IMG/VR virus record: IMGVR_UViG_3300001533_003144
Coordinates: 1 to 64,000 of that record
Length of the DNA: 64,000 nt
Source: a virus
Strand: one strand, 5' to 3'
Positions 9,740 to 19,263 of the stretch are shown piece by piece. The notes below the pieces were generated by a model. That model ran no database searches and was not told the DNA's origin. It saw only the letters and a list, made by a program, of their open reading frames with translations. The translations under genes were made by a program, and so were the position numbers. Position 1 is the first letter of the stretch, and each line of letters begins with the position of its first letter.

Positions 9740-10019
9740 AGAATTTATTAAGAAACATTCATTAATTAAGAAGAGCCTGATAACTGATCGGTTTTGGGAC
9801 GATTTTACTTCGGAGTTTAAGACGGTGGTGAAAGCTCAGAACGGTGAGAAGAATCCTGATGGTTTCTTTTCTGCTGTAAGGATAATGAAATCTAAATGGG
9901 ACTCTATCAGGATCCACAGTGGTAACACTTATTTTACCGAAAAGGCTTGGGGATGGTTTTATGCCAATAAAGTTATCCCTTATAAAGAAGAGATATTCAA
10001 ACCTGTTGAGGAGAAATGA
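9729..10019 (+). CDS. hypothetical protein
   Basis: GAGG RBS, ATG start. Confidence 0.55.
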   Translation: MKPKEFIKKHSLIKKSLITDRFWDDFTSEFKTVVKAQNGEKNPDGFFSAVRIMKSKWDSIRIHSGNTYFTEKAWGWFYANKVIPYKEEIFKPVEEK

Positions 10020-10020
10020 T

Positions 10021-11712
10021 ATGATCTTAGTAGAAAACCCTCGTACAGAGCTGCTAATAGGAGATAGCTTGGAAATTCTTAAAACATTTCCTGATGAGTC
10101 GGTTAATACTTGTATAACCTCTCCTCCTTATTATGGCCTCAGGGATTATGGAACTGCCGAATGGGAAGGTGGTGATGCCGCCTGTGATCATATTGAGAAG
10201 TTTACGAAACATTCAGGACAACGAGCGGATGGGGATCAGTCCAGTCGGGTGTTTTTAGCGAAAGAGGTTTGTTCTAAGTGTGGTGCAAAAAGAATTGATC
10301 GTCAGGTTGGTCTTGAAGAAACTCCTGAAGAATATGTCCAGAAACTGGTTGAGGTTTTCCGGGAAGTGTATAGGGTACTTAAAAAAGATGGGACTCTATG
10401 GCTTAACTTAGGTGACAGCTATTCAAGTCAAGGTGGTAGTCAGGTAGAGCAATCTATCAGAGGAAATAAAAATAGTGTCAATTCAGGACAGCTCGAAAGT
10501 AGGGGTTCTGGAACATCAAGAAATGTTGTCGCAGGACTCAAGCCCAAAGACCTTATAGGTATTCCTTGGGCCGTTGCAAAGGCATTAAGGGACCCTTACT
10601 ATGCTGGTAATATTACACAAGAAAAAGACAGGGCGTGGATGGCCGCAATGATTGACGGGGAGGGTACTATCTGTGGGTTTGTACATAAAAGAAAAGATGA
10701 TGGTAGGACAAGGACGGGCATAAATATTAATATCACCAATTCCAGTATATGCTTGCTTGATGAATCCTATAGAATATGGCCTACAAGCAGAAGGGAACCC
10801 AATCATCATGGCAAAGGGCATTTAGGCAGCTTACCCACAATGAGATGGATAGTACATGGAACTGAAAACAAGATATTGTTTTTAAGAGAAATATATCCAT
10901 ACTTAATTGCCAAAAAAAGACAGGGGCTGCTTGCATATAATTTACTTGTTCTTCAGCAAAAAGCCAAACACTATGGCAAAACGCCTCAAAAAGACAGCGT
11001 TAGTAATAAAAGGGCTTTAATATGCGAACTAATATCGAAATGCAACAAGCAGATACCCGTTGACATCCCAGATTGGTGCATTGAACCTCCTTCACTTTAT
11101 GAACAGGGGTTCTATCTCAGGCAGGATATAATTTGGAGTAAAGGGAATCCGATGCCGGCAAGCGTAAAAGACAGGTGTACAACTTCGCACGAATATCTTT
11201 TCCTGTTGTCGAAAAGTCCAAAATATTATTTTGATAATAAAGCTATTCAGGAATTTGCTTCTGGTTATGATGGTAGAAAAGATACTATGATGAAAGGATC
11301 TGAAAAGTATAAAGTTCCTGTTGTACCTGGTCAACCTGAACACACTATGGCAAGTAGAGGTCACGAGCGTTGGAAATTTGATGATTCAGGTATTCCTGTT
11401 AGAAATAAAAGATCGGTATGGAAGGTTAATACTAAACCTTATCCGGGGGCACATTTTGCTACTTTTCCTGAAGAACTTATTACTGATTGTGTCCGGGCAG
11501 GTTGTCCTCGTGGTGGGGTGGTATTAGACCCTTTTGTAGGTTCAGGTACTACTTTATATGTGTCAAGGGTATTAGGTCGTAAGTCTATTGGAATAGATCT
11601 TAACCCCGGTAGTGAGTATCTAGTTGACTGTAGGTTGAAAGGGCAGACTCCCGTAAAAAAAGATTGCAGTGATTCTATGCAACTAACTTTTTTCTCCGGA
11701 GAAGAGGGTTGA
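10021..11712 (+). CDS. N4-cytosine/N6-adenine DNA methyltransferase with in-frame LAGLIDADG endonuclease insertion
   Basis: ITSPPY, WLNLGD, KDLIGIPW, LRQDIIW, HFATFP, DPFVGSGTT; RBS GAGGAG before ATG 10021 (ORF track starts 9919). Confidence 0.92.
   Translation: MILVENPRTELLIGDSLEILKTFPDESVNTCITSPPYYGLRDYGTAEWEGGDAACDHIEKFTKHSGQRADGDQSSRVFLAKEVCSKCGAKRIDRQVGLEETPEEYVQKLVEVFREVYRVLKKDGTLWLNLGDSYSSQGGSQVEQSIRGNKNSVNSGQLESRGSGTSRNVVAGLKPKDLIGIPWAVAKALRDPYYAGNITQEKDRAWMAAMIDGEGTICGFVHKRKDDGRTRTGININITNSSICLLDESYRIWPTSRREPNHHGKGHLGSLPTMRWIVHGTENKILFLREIYPYLIAKKRQGLLAYNLLVLQQKAKHYGKTPQKDSVSNKRALICELISKCNKQIPVDIPDWCIEPPSLYEQGFYLRQDIIWSKGNPMPASVKDRCTTSHEYLFLLSKSPKYYFDNKAIQEFASGYDGRKDTMMKGSEKYKVPVVPGQPEHTMASRGHERWKFDDSGIPVRNKRSVWKVNTKPYPGAHFATFPEELITDCVRAGCPRGGVVLDPFVGSGTTLYVSRVLGRKSIGIDLNPGSEYLVDCRLKGQTPVKKDCSDSMQLTFFSGEEG
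10591..11100 (+). mobile_element. in-frame LAGLIDADG homing-endonuclease insertion without intein termini
   Basis: AWMAAMIDGEGTI, ININITN, FLREIYPYLIAKKRQ inserted between KALR and QGFYLRQD. Confidence 0.8.
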
Positions 11713-11715
11713 GTA

Positions 11716-11726
11716 TCCGTATTATA
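11716..11726 (+). promoter_or_regulatory. phage promoter motif class A, copy 2 (upstream of sigma factor)
   Basis: TCCGTATTATA, intergenic. Confidence 0.75.
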
Positions 11727-11769
11727 ATGATGTTACTTGTTCTTTGAAGATAGAAGAATGTTGCAGATT

Positions 11770-11790
11770 GGGGGGTTTGAGAAACTCCCC
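11770..11790 (+). other. RNA hairpin in the leader of the sigma gene
   Basis: GGGGGGTTT-GAG-AAACTCCCC stem-loop with only a weak U tail. Confidence 0.5.
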
Positions 11791-11807
11791 TACTTTAGAG
11801 AGAGAAG

Positions 11808-12479
11808 ATGAGTAAAGAGATACCGGCATCATTTCAGGAATTTTATGTTCAGTGGGAAGAAAAAATCCGTAAAACTGTTCGTAACAGGACAAAAATAGCC
11901 CCTCACGAGGTAGATGATGTTGTGCAGGTTATTTTAACAGCGTGTTTTGAGAAAAAATGGTTAGAGCAGTACGATTATACTTATGCTTTTTCAACCTTTA
12001 TCTATACTTATGTACATACCGAAATACAGAATTATATTAACAAGAGAGACAGTTCTAATACGGTAAGATCTTCCGGGGCAGTTCGTTACACTTCTTTTTC
12101 AAGCTTACCTGTCGATGTCAACTCTTTAGAAAACTTTTTAGATAGAATAGCCTATTTAGACTGTTCTTTTGGGGATACTCAAGTAGAGGATGATATAGAC
12201 TTTAATTTATTTCTTGAAGAGTCAAAAAAATATAAAATAACTACCGTGTGTAAGAGTGTTCCTTGTTTTAAAGTTATTTTGTTGCGGCTTAATATTTATT
12301 TAGGAAGAGAAGAACAATTAGGGGATGTTAAGGAGTCTAATATAATTAATGATTTTATTTGTGATTCTTTAGGAATAAGTCATTTGGATTTGCTGAAAGT
12401 TGATGAGTGTATTAAGCTTTTGGTTGAGAAGAAAATTGAAGATGCTTTGAATTACTTACGGGAGAAGTTTTTGTTATGA
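11808..12479 (+). CDS. phage RNA polymerase sigma-70-family factor (region 2)
   Basis: EVDDVVQVIL...YDYTYAFSTFIYTYVHTEIQNYI. Confidence 0.75.
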   Translation: MSKEIPASFQEFYVQWEEKIRKTVRNRTKIAPHEVDDVVQVILTACFEKKWLEQYDYTYAFSTFIYTYVHTEIQNYINKRDSSNTVRSSGAVRYTSFSSLPVDVNSLENFLDRIAYLDCSFGDTQVEDDIDFNLFLEESKKYKITTVCKSVPCFKVILLRLNIYLGREEQLGDVKESNIINDFICDSLGISHLDLLKVDECIKLLVEKKIEDALNYLREKFLL

Positions 12480-13153
12480 ATCTTAATTTTAGTCTTTACT
12501 ACAAAAGGATCTTACCTAAACTTTCTACTATGCTTTTTTACCGCCCTTTAATGATTGTTACTGTAGATATGTATAAGTCTGAGGAGTTTAAGCGTAGGTT
12601 TGAGTCCGGGGATAGAGAAGGTGCTTTTAAACTGGGGGGTCGTATCCCTTTACAATTGACTCTGGAAGAAGAGATTCCGGGCTGGGTGGACACATATAAT
12701 CCAGTTGAGGTGCATATAAGTGTTACCCGATTTTTTGAGTCCTCGTTTAAACATATTTACATTGATCTGGATGCTTCTCCTGCAATAGGGCTTATGACGG
12801 TATTTGATTATGCTAAGGGTTTATCTGAGTATGTCTTAAAGAAGGAAGGTGTGCAGTCTTTAAGGATGGTTTTCACCGGTAATAGAGGATTCCATTTCCA
12901 TGTTGAGTTATCAAAACGGTTGTCTACTGAGGAGGTAACTGGTTTTATGCAGGAAGTACAGGAGTATAAAGAGCCTTTTATTGGTAAGATAGATATGGGT
13001 GTTAATGTTCCTAATCACTCTATAAGATTACCGTATTCCTACAATTTAAAGGGCAATAAGTTTGCCTTTTATGTGGATAAATTAAATGAGTTCAGTGAAG
13101 ATATTGCTCAAGACTGGAGTGACCATTTGTATAAGGGGGTGATGGGTGAATAG
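12476..13153 (+). CDS. archaeo-eukaryotic primase (AEP) catalytic domain
   Basis: IYIDLD (DxD), FTGNRGFHF, ID....SIRLPYS. Confidence 0.85.
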   Translation: MNLNFSLYYKRILPKLSTMLFYRPLMIVTVDMYKSEEFKRRFESGDREGAFKLGGRIPLQLTLEEEIPGWVDTYNPVEVHISVTRFFESSFKHIYIDLDASPAIGLMTVFDYAKGLSEYVLKKEGVQSLRMVFTGNRGFHFHVELSKRLSTEEVTGFMQEVQEYKEPFIGKIDMGVNVPNHSIRLPYSYNLKGNKFAFYVDKLNEFSEDIAQDWSDHLYKGVMGE

Positions 13154-13745
13154 GGAGGTTTTATTCTTTATTGCTCCTGATTCTTTTAAGCCGGATACAT
13201 CTAAATACCGTTTTTGTGAGGCTTTTGATGGTCGAAAGGTTGCGGTAGAGGAGGTTAGAAGCCTTTCTGATTACCGGGGGATCCTTTACTATTTCTACAA
13301 TGTTGATTGCTTCAGTTCGTATGTGAGCAGTGCTTTACTGAAAATTGTTGAGGAAGGGTTATGTAGCTTTTATTTTCAAGCAAAAACTGTTGTAGGTTGT
13401 AATCGTGCTTTAGTGAGTAGGTGTGTTAAAAAGTTTTCACCTGAAGCCGTTAAACTCTCCTCTTTAAAAGAAATGGTATTGTCTTTGGGGTTGAGTGAGT
13501 CCGAGGCTACAATTGTTGAAGCTTTACTAGGATTAAGGGAAGTGCCTTATCAGTATTTATTAAAAGAGGGTACTGACTATTCTAAAATATTCTCCTTGCT
13601 TTCTGTAGCATATATAAACCAGGGTACATTGACACAGGTAAAGAGGTCTGTCTGGCAGAAGGTTAAGTGGATATTTTCTCAGCCCTTTTTTAAAGCCAAT
13701 CGTTATACCTTACTATATTTATGGAGGCATATTTATGGACCGTGA
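13146..13745 (+). CDS. clamp loader delta-prime (HolB)-like subunit
   Basis: VEEVRSL, SALLKIVEE, ALVSRC; no Walker A. Confidence 0.7.
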   Translation: MNREVLFFIAPDSFKPDTSKYRFCEAFDGRKVAVEEVRSLSDYRGILYYFYNVDCFSSYVSSALLKIVEEGLCSFYFQAKTVVGCNRALVSRCVKKFSPEAVKLSSLKEMVLSLGLSESEATIVEALLGLREVPYQYLLKEGTDYSKIFSLLSVAYINQGTLTQVKRSVWQKVKWIFSQPFFKANRYTLLYLWRHIYGP

Positions 13746-14412
13746 TTTAATTAAATGGGCTTGCAGTGTTTCTTATGTTGCTCCTAGGCGGTTGTGGGGG
13801 GTTGGGGAGGATCGTGATTTAGTTCCTGAAAAGAATGTTGATCTTTTTGATTCAATGGAAGAGATGATGTTTGTTTGGTTTTGTCAGGAGTTGTTGTCCA
13901 AAGGTTACTTGAAGGTGGTGTATTTGTTTCCTATAACTTTTGCTTTAAGTAATAAGCAAAGTTATACTTGTTTAAAGCCTTTAAAAACTAAGGTTAAAGA
14001 GGTTACAAGAGGCTTAACAGGAGGACATGTTTATACGCCTGATTTCTTGTTGGTATGGTCAGAGAAATCCGAGGGTATTTTTTATCATAATCTGAAGGTT
14101 GCTAGTGAATATAAACAGTCCCCTTTTTTAGCTCAGTCGTTTGAAGTCAAGGGTGCAGAAGAGACGGTTTCTCTGGTAGAAATCAAACCCTCTTTCACTA
14201 AATACAATATGGATAAACTGTTTTATATGAACCAGAAATGGTTATTGCAGCGGTTCGACCTTTATACGAATCTGGTTCGGATAAGTAACAAAGAAGGAAG
14301 TTTCTTTGATAGGGTGTTTACTCCGGAACGATATAAATTAACGGATGCAGGGCATAGACCTCGTAAGTTGTATTACAAACCTAAGTCTTTGGAAGATTTT
14401 ATGGGGGCTTAA
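13735..14412 (+). CDS. PD-(D/E)xK endonuclease (DUF1064-like)
   Basis: FDSMEE...YTPDF...VEIKP. Confidence 0.7.
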   Translation: MDRDLIKWACSVSYVAPRRLWGVGEDRDLVPEKNVDLFDSMEEMMFVWFCQELLSKGYLKVVYLFPITFALSNKQSYTCLKPLKTKVKEVTRGLTGGHVYTPDFLLVWSEKSEGIFYHNLKVASEYKQSPFLAQSFEVKGAEETVSLVEIKPSFTKYNMDKLFYMNQKWLLQRFDLYTNLVRISNKEGSFFDRVFTPERYKLTDAGHRPRKLYYKPKSLEDFMGA

Positions 14413-15573
14413 ATGTTTAGTATAGGTAATGTGTTGTCTTTATTTGAAGGGATGGGTTGTGGTAGGCTGGCTTTAGATCGTATTGGGGTTGATTATGGTA
14501 ACTACTATGCCTCCGAAATAGATTCTTCTTGTTTAAAGGTAGTTCGTTATAATTTTCCTGATACCGTTCAACTGGGGGATGTTAGGGGGGTTAAAGGTTC
14601 TGATCTACCTGAAATAGATCTTTTGATCGGGGGGTCTCCCTGCCAGGGCTTTTCTTTAGCTGGCAGGCAGTTGAACTTTGAAGATCCTCAGAGTATTCTT
14701 TTCTTCGAGTTTGTTCGGTTACTTAAAGAATGTAAGCCTAAATGGTTTTTGCTTGAAAATGTTAAAATGGCTAAAGAATCTCTTGATATTATTACAAAAT
14801 GCCTTAGAGCTTATCCCCTTTTGATAAACTCATCTTTAGTTTCTGCTCAGAACCGTGAGAGGTATTATTGGACAAATATCCCTGTTGCAGATGTTCCAAA
14901 AGACCGGGGTTTGTTAATTGAAGATATTCTTGAAGATGCTGTACCCAAAAAATATTTCCTGAGTGATGTTGCTTTAAAAAAGATAAAAAGACACGGAAAC
15001 GGTTCTTGGGGTAATGCTAAATCTAACACTATTCACGCAGGGTACTATAAGCCGGGGGGTAGAGATCAGCAGTATGTTCTTGGTGCTGTCACCCTAAGAA
15101 ACCGGGGCTTAGGTAAACAGCCTGAACTGGGAGGTACTGATAAGGCAAATTGTTTAACGGGAGTGCAGTCAGATTCAATGGTAATTACACACAATTTACA
15201 GCCTAGATCAGGTAAAGGTAAAGGGGGTAAAGGTCCTTTATCAAAGAAAGACGGTAAGAGTTATTGCTTAAAACCTGATACAGGTCAGTGTATTGAAAAG
15301 GGTTTGGCTATCCGGAGATTTACTCCTTTAGAATGTGAGCGGTTGCAGACAGTTCCGGATAATTTTACTTTATATGGTAGGGAGGAATCTGGTAAGGTTG
15401 TTAAGATGAGTGATACTTCAAGGTATAAAATGTTAGGTAATGGGTGGACAGTTGATATTATTTCGTGGATATTTCGGTTTATTGATGAAGAGTTTGTTTT
15501 AGAGTGTATTTCTAAGAAGAAAGAACCTACTTTCAAGGAACTTAATAGGTTAATGAATGTTTCGAGAAATTAA
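14413..15573 (+). CDS. C5-cytosine DNA methyltransferase (intact)
   Basis: LFEGMG, GGSPCQGFS, LENV, SAQNRERYYW, TPLECERLQ, MLGNGW. Confidence 0.95.
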   Translation: MFSIGNVLSLFEGMGCGRLALDRIGVDYGNYYASEIDSSCLKVVRYNFPDTVQLGDVRGVKGSDLPEIDLLIGGSPCQGFSLAGRQLNFEDPQSILFFEFVRLLKECKPKWFLLENVKMAKESLDIITKCLRAYPLLINSSLVSAQNRERYYWTNIPVADVPKDRGLLIEDILEDAVPKKYFLSDVALKKIKRHGNGSWGNAKSNTIHAGYYKPGGRDQQYVLGAVTLRNRGLGKQPELGGTDKANCLTGVQSDSMVITHNLQPRSGKGKGGKGPLSKKDGKSYCLKPDTGQCIEKGLAIRRFTPLECERLQTVPDNFTLYGREESGKVVKMSDTSRYKMLGNGWTVDIISWIFRFIDEEFVLECISKKKEPTFKELNRLMNVSRN

Positions 15574-16438
15574 AAAAATGGTACCTCCTTTGGTTATAAG
15601 GGGGAATTTAAATGACCCTTATTTATTGCATATTTTAAAAAACTTTTTAACCTCTCTATATACGGTGGAAGAGATTACAAAAGAGAATTTTACCGAGATA
15701 AGGGACTACGATACTAATTATCTATTTGTTCCTGCAAAGCCTAGAGTGTTTTTAATGAACACTTTAATGTTTCCGGGGAAGGGTGAGGATTTTAGAAAGC
15801 TCTCAAAAAAGAAGGTAGTGTTTTTAGAAAACTTTAATATGGATCATAAGCTTGATATACCTCTAATAAAAATACCTCGACTTAAACCTACAAAAAAGAC
15901 GGCAAAAATCATATCGGATTATTGTGACCTTTATTTAGGACAACCTACTGAGGTGGAAGCTGAGATATGGAAACAGATATATAGTCCTTCCTTTTCGGTT
16001 TTGAAGGATATAGAAAAAACTATTTTGGCTTATGGTGAAATAACGGTTTCCGGGTTTAATGATGTTACTTTGACCAGTCCGGTATCTATTCAGGTTATTG
16101 AGCTTTTAAAAAATATCTTGGAGGGTTCGCTTTTGGATTCTATTAAGGCTTTAGAGGTTGCTTGGGAATCTGGGATGTCCCTTGAAAAGGCTTTAACTTG
16201 GTTTGGTAATAAAGCAGAGTCTTATTTAGAGAATTATGCTAAGGGTTTATCTGTGGAAGCTTCTTTAATTGAAATTGAAGTTACAGGAAACTTGAAAAAA
16301 ATATTTAATTATGTTACAAAGCAATCAGCTAATGATTTGGTTAGTCGGATTTGGTTTTCTCTCTCTAACTGTTACTACTATAAAGGACGAACCAAAGACA
16401 TTATGCTTTTGTTATATTTGTTTAATTTGATTAAGTGA
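15557..16438 (+). CDS. clamp loader delta (HolA)-like subunit
   Basis: Size, layout (LKDIEK..L; ELLKNILEG), context with HolB/DnaX-like genes. Confidence 0.45.
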   Translation: MFREIKKMVPPLVIRGNLNDPYLLHILKNFLTSLYTVEEITKENFTEIRDYDTNYLFVPAKPRVFLMNTLMFPGKGEDFRKLSKKKVVFLENFNMDHKLDIPLIKIPRLKPTKKTAKIISDYCDLYLGQPTEVEAEIWKQIYSPSFSVLKDIEKTILAYGEITVSGFNDVTLTSPVSIQVIELLKNILEGSLLDSIKALEVAWESGMSLEKALTWFGNKAESYLENYAKGLSVEASLIEIEVTGNLKKIFNYVTKQSANDLVSRIWFSLSNCYYYKGRTKDIMLLLYLFNLIK

Positions 16439-16445
16439 GGGTTAT

Positions 16446-17543
16446 ATGTATCAGGTAAATGTTAAGGAGATCAAGGCTCTCTTCCGGACAATTCAATCTA
16501 AATCAGAGGCAATTGAATATTTCAGTAAGTTTTCTGGTAAATTTTATGCCTTTGACTATGAAGCAGCCGCAAAGGATCCTACTCAGGCAGTGTTGTATAA
16601 AAAGGCTTATATTATGGGGGTTTCTTTCAGTTATGATTATAATGAAGCTGTGTATCTCCCCATTAAACACCGTTCAGAAAACGCAGAACCCAAAGCCTTA
16701 GAGGTAGCTTTGGAGTTTATGCGGTCGTATCCCTCTGTAGCGTTTAATATGCCTTTTGAATATGGGTTTACTAAATATCATTATGGTTTTACTCCGACTG
16801 TTTATACAGATGCCGGGGTACTCGCTAAGGTCTGGGACAGTAATTTACCTAATGGGCTGAAGGCTTTAATTTTGGCTCTTTACAAATACAAAATGCAGAC
16901 ATTTGAGGAAGTTACTAATAACAGAAAAGACTTTTCTACCGTTAGTGTTAAGGAGGGGTTTTTTTATGGGGGTTCAGACAGCCTTTGGACTTTCCGGGTA
17001 GTTTCTGACTATGAGCCTAAAATAAAACAGGACGAGGGGTTAGCTGGTATTTTGCGTATAGAAAATCAACTTATTCCAATTATGTGTGAAATGATATATA
17101 ATGGTATTCGTGTAGATCTTGATTTGTTGAAAGAATATGATCCAATAGTCCTTAACCGGGTGAAAGCTCTTGAGAAAGAATTACATCGTTTAATTCGGGA
17201 TCGTTGTCCTGATCTTGTTTCAGATGGTATTATTCCGGGAACTTCTGTACTAAACTGTAACCTTAATTCGCCTAAGCAGCTAATGGAATTGTTTCACCGT
17301 TTAGGAATGCATATAGAAAGCACAGGTAGTGCCGTGCTTAAAGAGTTGGGAGATCCTGTTGCAGAAGTTCTTACAGAATATAGAAAGGAGATGAAGCTGT
17401 ATAATACATATATAAAGGCATACTATAGTCATATTCAGGAGGATAACATTGTACACTTTGGCTTGCATCAGATTGGGGCACCTACCGGTAGAATGGCTGG
17501 GGTAACTCCTAATCTTATGGCAATTCCTAAAATAAGGTCATAA
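16446..17543 (+). CDS. family A DNA polymerase, N-terminal half (3'-5' exonuclease + thumb)
   Basis: AFDYE (ExoI), FNMPFE, YGGSDS (ExoIII), NLNSPKQL, TGRMAGVTPNLMAIP. Confidence 0.9.
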   Translation: MYQVNVKEIKALFRTIQSKSEAIEYFSKFSGKFYAFDYEAAAKDPTQAVLYKKAYIMGVSFSYDYNEAVYLPIKHRSENAEPKALEVALEFMRSYPSVAFNMPFEYGFTKYHYGFTPTVYTDAGVLAKVWDSNLPNGLKALILALYKYKMQTFEEVTNNRKDFSTVSVKEGFFYGGSDSLWTFRVVSDYEPKIKQDEGLAGILRIENQLIPIMCEMIYNGIRVDLDLLKEYDPIVLNRVKALEKELHRLIRDRCPDLVSDGIIPGTSVLNCNLNSPKQLMELFHRLGMHIESTGSAVLKELGDPVAEVLTEYRKEMKLYNTYIKAYYSHIQEDNIVHFGLHQIGAPTGRMAGVTPNLMAIPKIRS

Positions 17544-17554
17544 AGGAGGTTACT

Positions 17555-18121
17555 ATGGTCGAAAAGAAGGAAGTTATGGCAGTGGTTACTACGAACCCTT
17601 TAAACATTTACAAGGTGCTCGGGTCTTTCAGTGAAAAGAAACACACTAAAACAATTGAACTGGAGGATGAGTATTATGTTAAATGTGTTCATCTCGGATC
17701 AGATGGGTCTATTAAGGTTGGTATTGTTATTGATCCTGAAAAGAGGGATTATTTAAAAACGCATTTGGATGATGGTTTTGAGTCTGAATCAGTTCAAACA
17801 GGTCTGGATGATCTGGATTCTGTGGATACCAATACACCTATGGAAGGTTCTCAGGAAAAGAGTAGTATCCGTAAGTTGTGGGAAAGTTGGGTTAGGTTTG
17901 AGGGGAACACTATTGTAGTTGATCGTATTGAGTTCTTTGATGAGTTGCATGTCTTTACAGATTTTAAACACGCTTTTTCTAATGTGTATTATTTAAACCC
18001 CTCCTGCTGTGAAAGTGCTTATATGATAATAAATACAAGGAAAGAGGTACTTTGTTCCTGTTGTGGTAAGACCTACCCCTCTACAGGGTGGTGTAAACCT
18101 AAGCCGTCAATAACCTTTTAA
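17555..18121 (+). CDS. hypothetical protein with C-terminal Cys cluster
   Basis: AAGGAGG RBS; CC...CSCCG. Confidence 0.6.
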   Translation: MVEKKEVMAVVTTNPLNIYKVLGSFSEKKHTKTIELEDEYYVKCVHLGSDGSIKVGIVIDPEKRDYLKTHLDDGFESESVQTGLDDLDSVDTNTPMEGSQEKSSIRKLWESWVRFEGNTIVVDRIEFFDELHVFTDFKHAFSNVYYLNPSCCESAYMIINTRKEVLCSCCGKTYPSTGWCKPKPSITF

Positions 18122-18131
18122 GGAGGAGCTA

Positions 18132-18668
18132 ATGTTGTGGTTATCTGAAATTAAACTGGATCAGATCTTAACAAGTATAGATAATAAAGCGTTTTTAGCT
18201 GAGGTGACTCCTCACTTTGTTGCGGAAGAGCACAGGTTATCTAAGATGTTAGAAAATATTCAAAAAGGTGAAACGGATCCATATCAGCTTGAGACCTTTT
18301 CAGGGGATTTTTTAGACATACTTTCCGGGCTGGTGCCGGTAAAAGCTATGTTTAATCTGCTGATTATAAAGGTATCTGAAAAACTTCTGGAGCAGGGTTA
18401 TGGCAAGCCTGATAAAGAAAATGTAGCTCGGATGTTGGTTATGGTGTTGGTTAGCCGTGCTTTCCAAAAGGCAGAGGCTTTACCTATCCCCGAAGATATA
18501 GAAAAGGCAGGGGGATCTTTAAAAAGGTCGTATTACCTTACGAACGCTATAATGAATTGTGGGTTGTTTACGCATACCAATGATCCCGAAGTGTTTTTAC
18601 ACGCTTTAAAAGGTATGGGTTATAAGGTTAAGGACTTTAATGTAGGAGAAAACAATGAACAAGGTTAG
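18132..18668 (+). CDS. hypothetical protein
   Basis: AGGAGG RBS, ATG start. Confidence 0.6.
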   Translation: MLWLSEIKLDQILTSIDNKAFLAEVTPHFVAEEHRLSKMLENIQKGETDPYQLETFSGDFLDILSGLVPVKAMFNLLIIKVSEKLLEQGYGKPDKENVARMLVMVLVSRAFQKAEALPIPEDIEKAGGSLKRSYYLTNAIMNCGLFTHTNDPEVFLHALKGMGYKVKDFNVGENNEQG

Positions 18669-19218
18669 GTGGTTGTTTCTTGATGATTTATCTTTTGGGC
18701 TGACTCCCAAAGAGGTAGCTAATGCTTTAAAAAAGCGTGGTAGGTATGTTCGTTTAGTATATTTTATAGAGAAAGAGGTGTCCGAGGTAGATACACTTCG
18801 ACCCTTGTTTGAGCTTACTGCATTTAAAAATGGTTTTCCTGATTTTGTTATGGAACAATGTCCAGGGTATGATGAATACCTTTTTGTTATTTTTAATAGC
18901 TCTGTGCCTCATCTTCTGTACCATCAGCCGGATCGGGGGGTTGCACAGTCTATGTACATGAGGATTATAGGGTCTTTTGATATTATTACAGATCATTTTG
19001 CTCTATATAACGGACCTGAAAGGGTTCCTGAAGAAATTAACCGGTGGGAGTTTGTTACATTAATGACTAACAGGAAGTTTTATACTTCTAAATTTGAAAC
19101 TCTGGAATCTTTTGTGTCTTACTTAGCTTCAGACCCTCTTGTGGGTATAGATGCCTTTAAGAAGGAACCTTTAGTGGAAATTTGTGAGTTGAGTTTTAAA
19201 AACCTATCCCGTGTTTGA
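18655..19218 (+). CDS. hypothetical protein
   Basis: AGGAG RBS, overlapping start. Confidence 0.6.
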   Translation: MNKVRWLFLDDLSFGLTPKEVANALKKRGRYVRLVYFIEKEVSEVDTLRPLFELTAFKNGFPDFVMEQCPGYDEYLFVIFNSSVPHLLYHQPDRGVAQSMYMRIIGSFDIITDHFALYNGPERVPEEINRWEFVTLMTNRKFYTSKFETLESFVSYLASDPLVGIDAFKKEPLVEICELSFKNLSRV

Positions 19219-19225
19219 TTTTCTA

Positions 19226-19236
19226 TCCGTATTATA
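19226..19236 (+). promoter_or_regulatory. phage promoter motif class A, copy 3 (upstream of polymerase C-half)
   Basis: TCCGTATTATA, intergenic. Confidence 0.75.
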
Positions 19237-19263
19237 TAGGTAGGTTGTTTTGAGGAGGTCTCT

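Noticed and set aside
10591-11100. Canonical intein in the methylase
   Set aside because: No Cys/Ser start block, no TxxH block and no terminal Asn followed by Cys/Ser/Thr
11770-11790. Intrinsic terminator call for the hairpin before the sigma gene
   Set aside because: The U-tract is weak (TACTTT) and it lies downstream of a putative promoter, so it is kept only as a leader hairpin
17544-19263. Self-splicing intron or split intein explaining the divided polymerase
   Set aside because: The interval is filled with three RBS-bearing ORFs; no Hint motifs or non-coding core are visible, and the C-half has its own promoter and RBS
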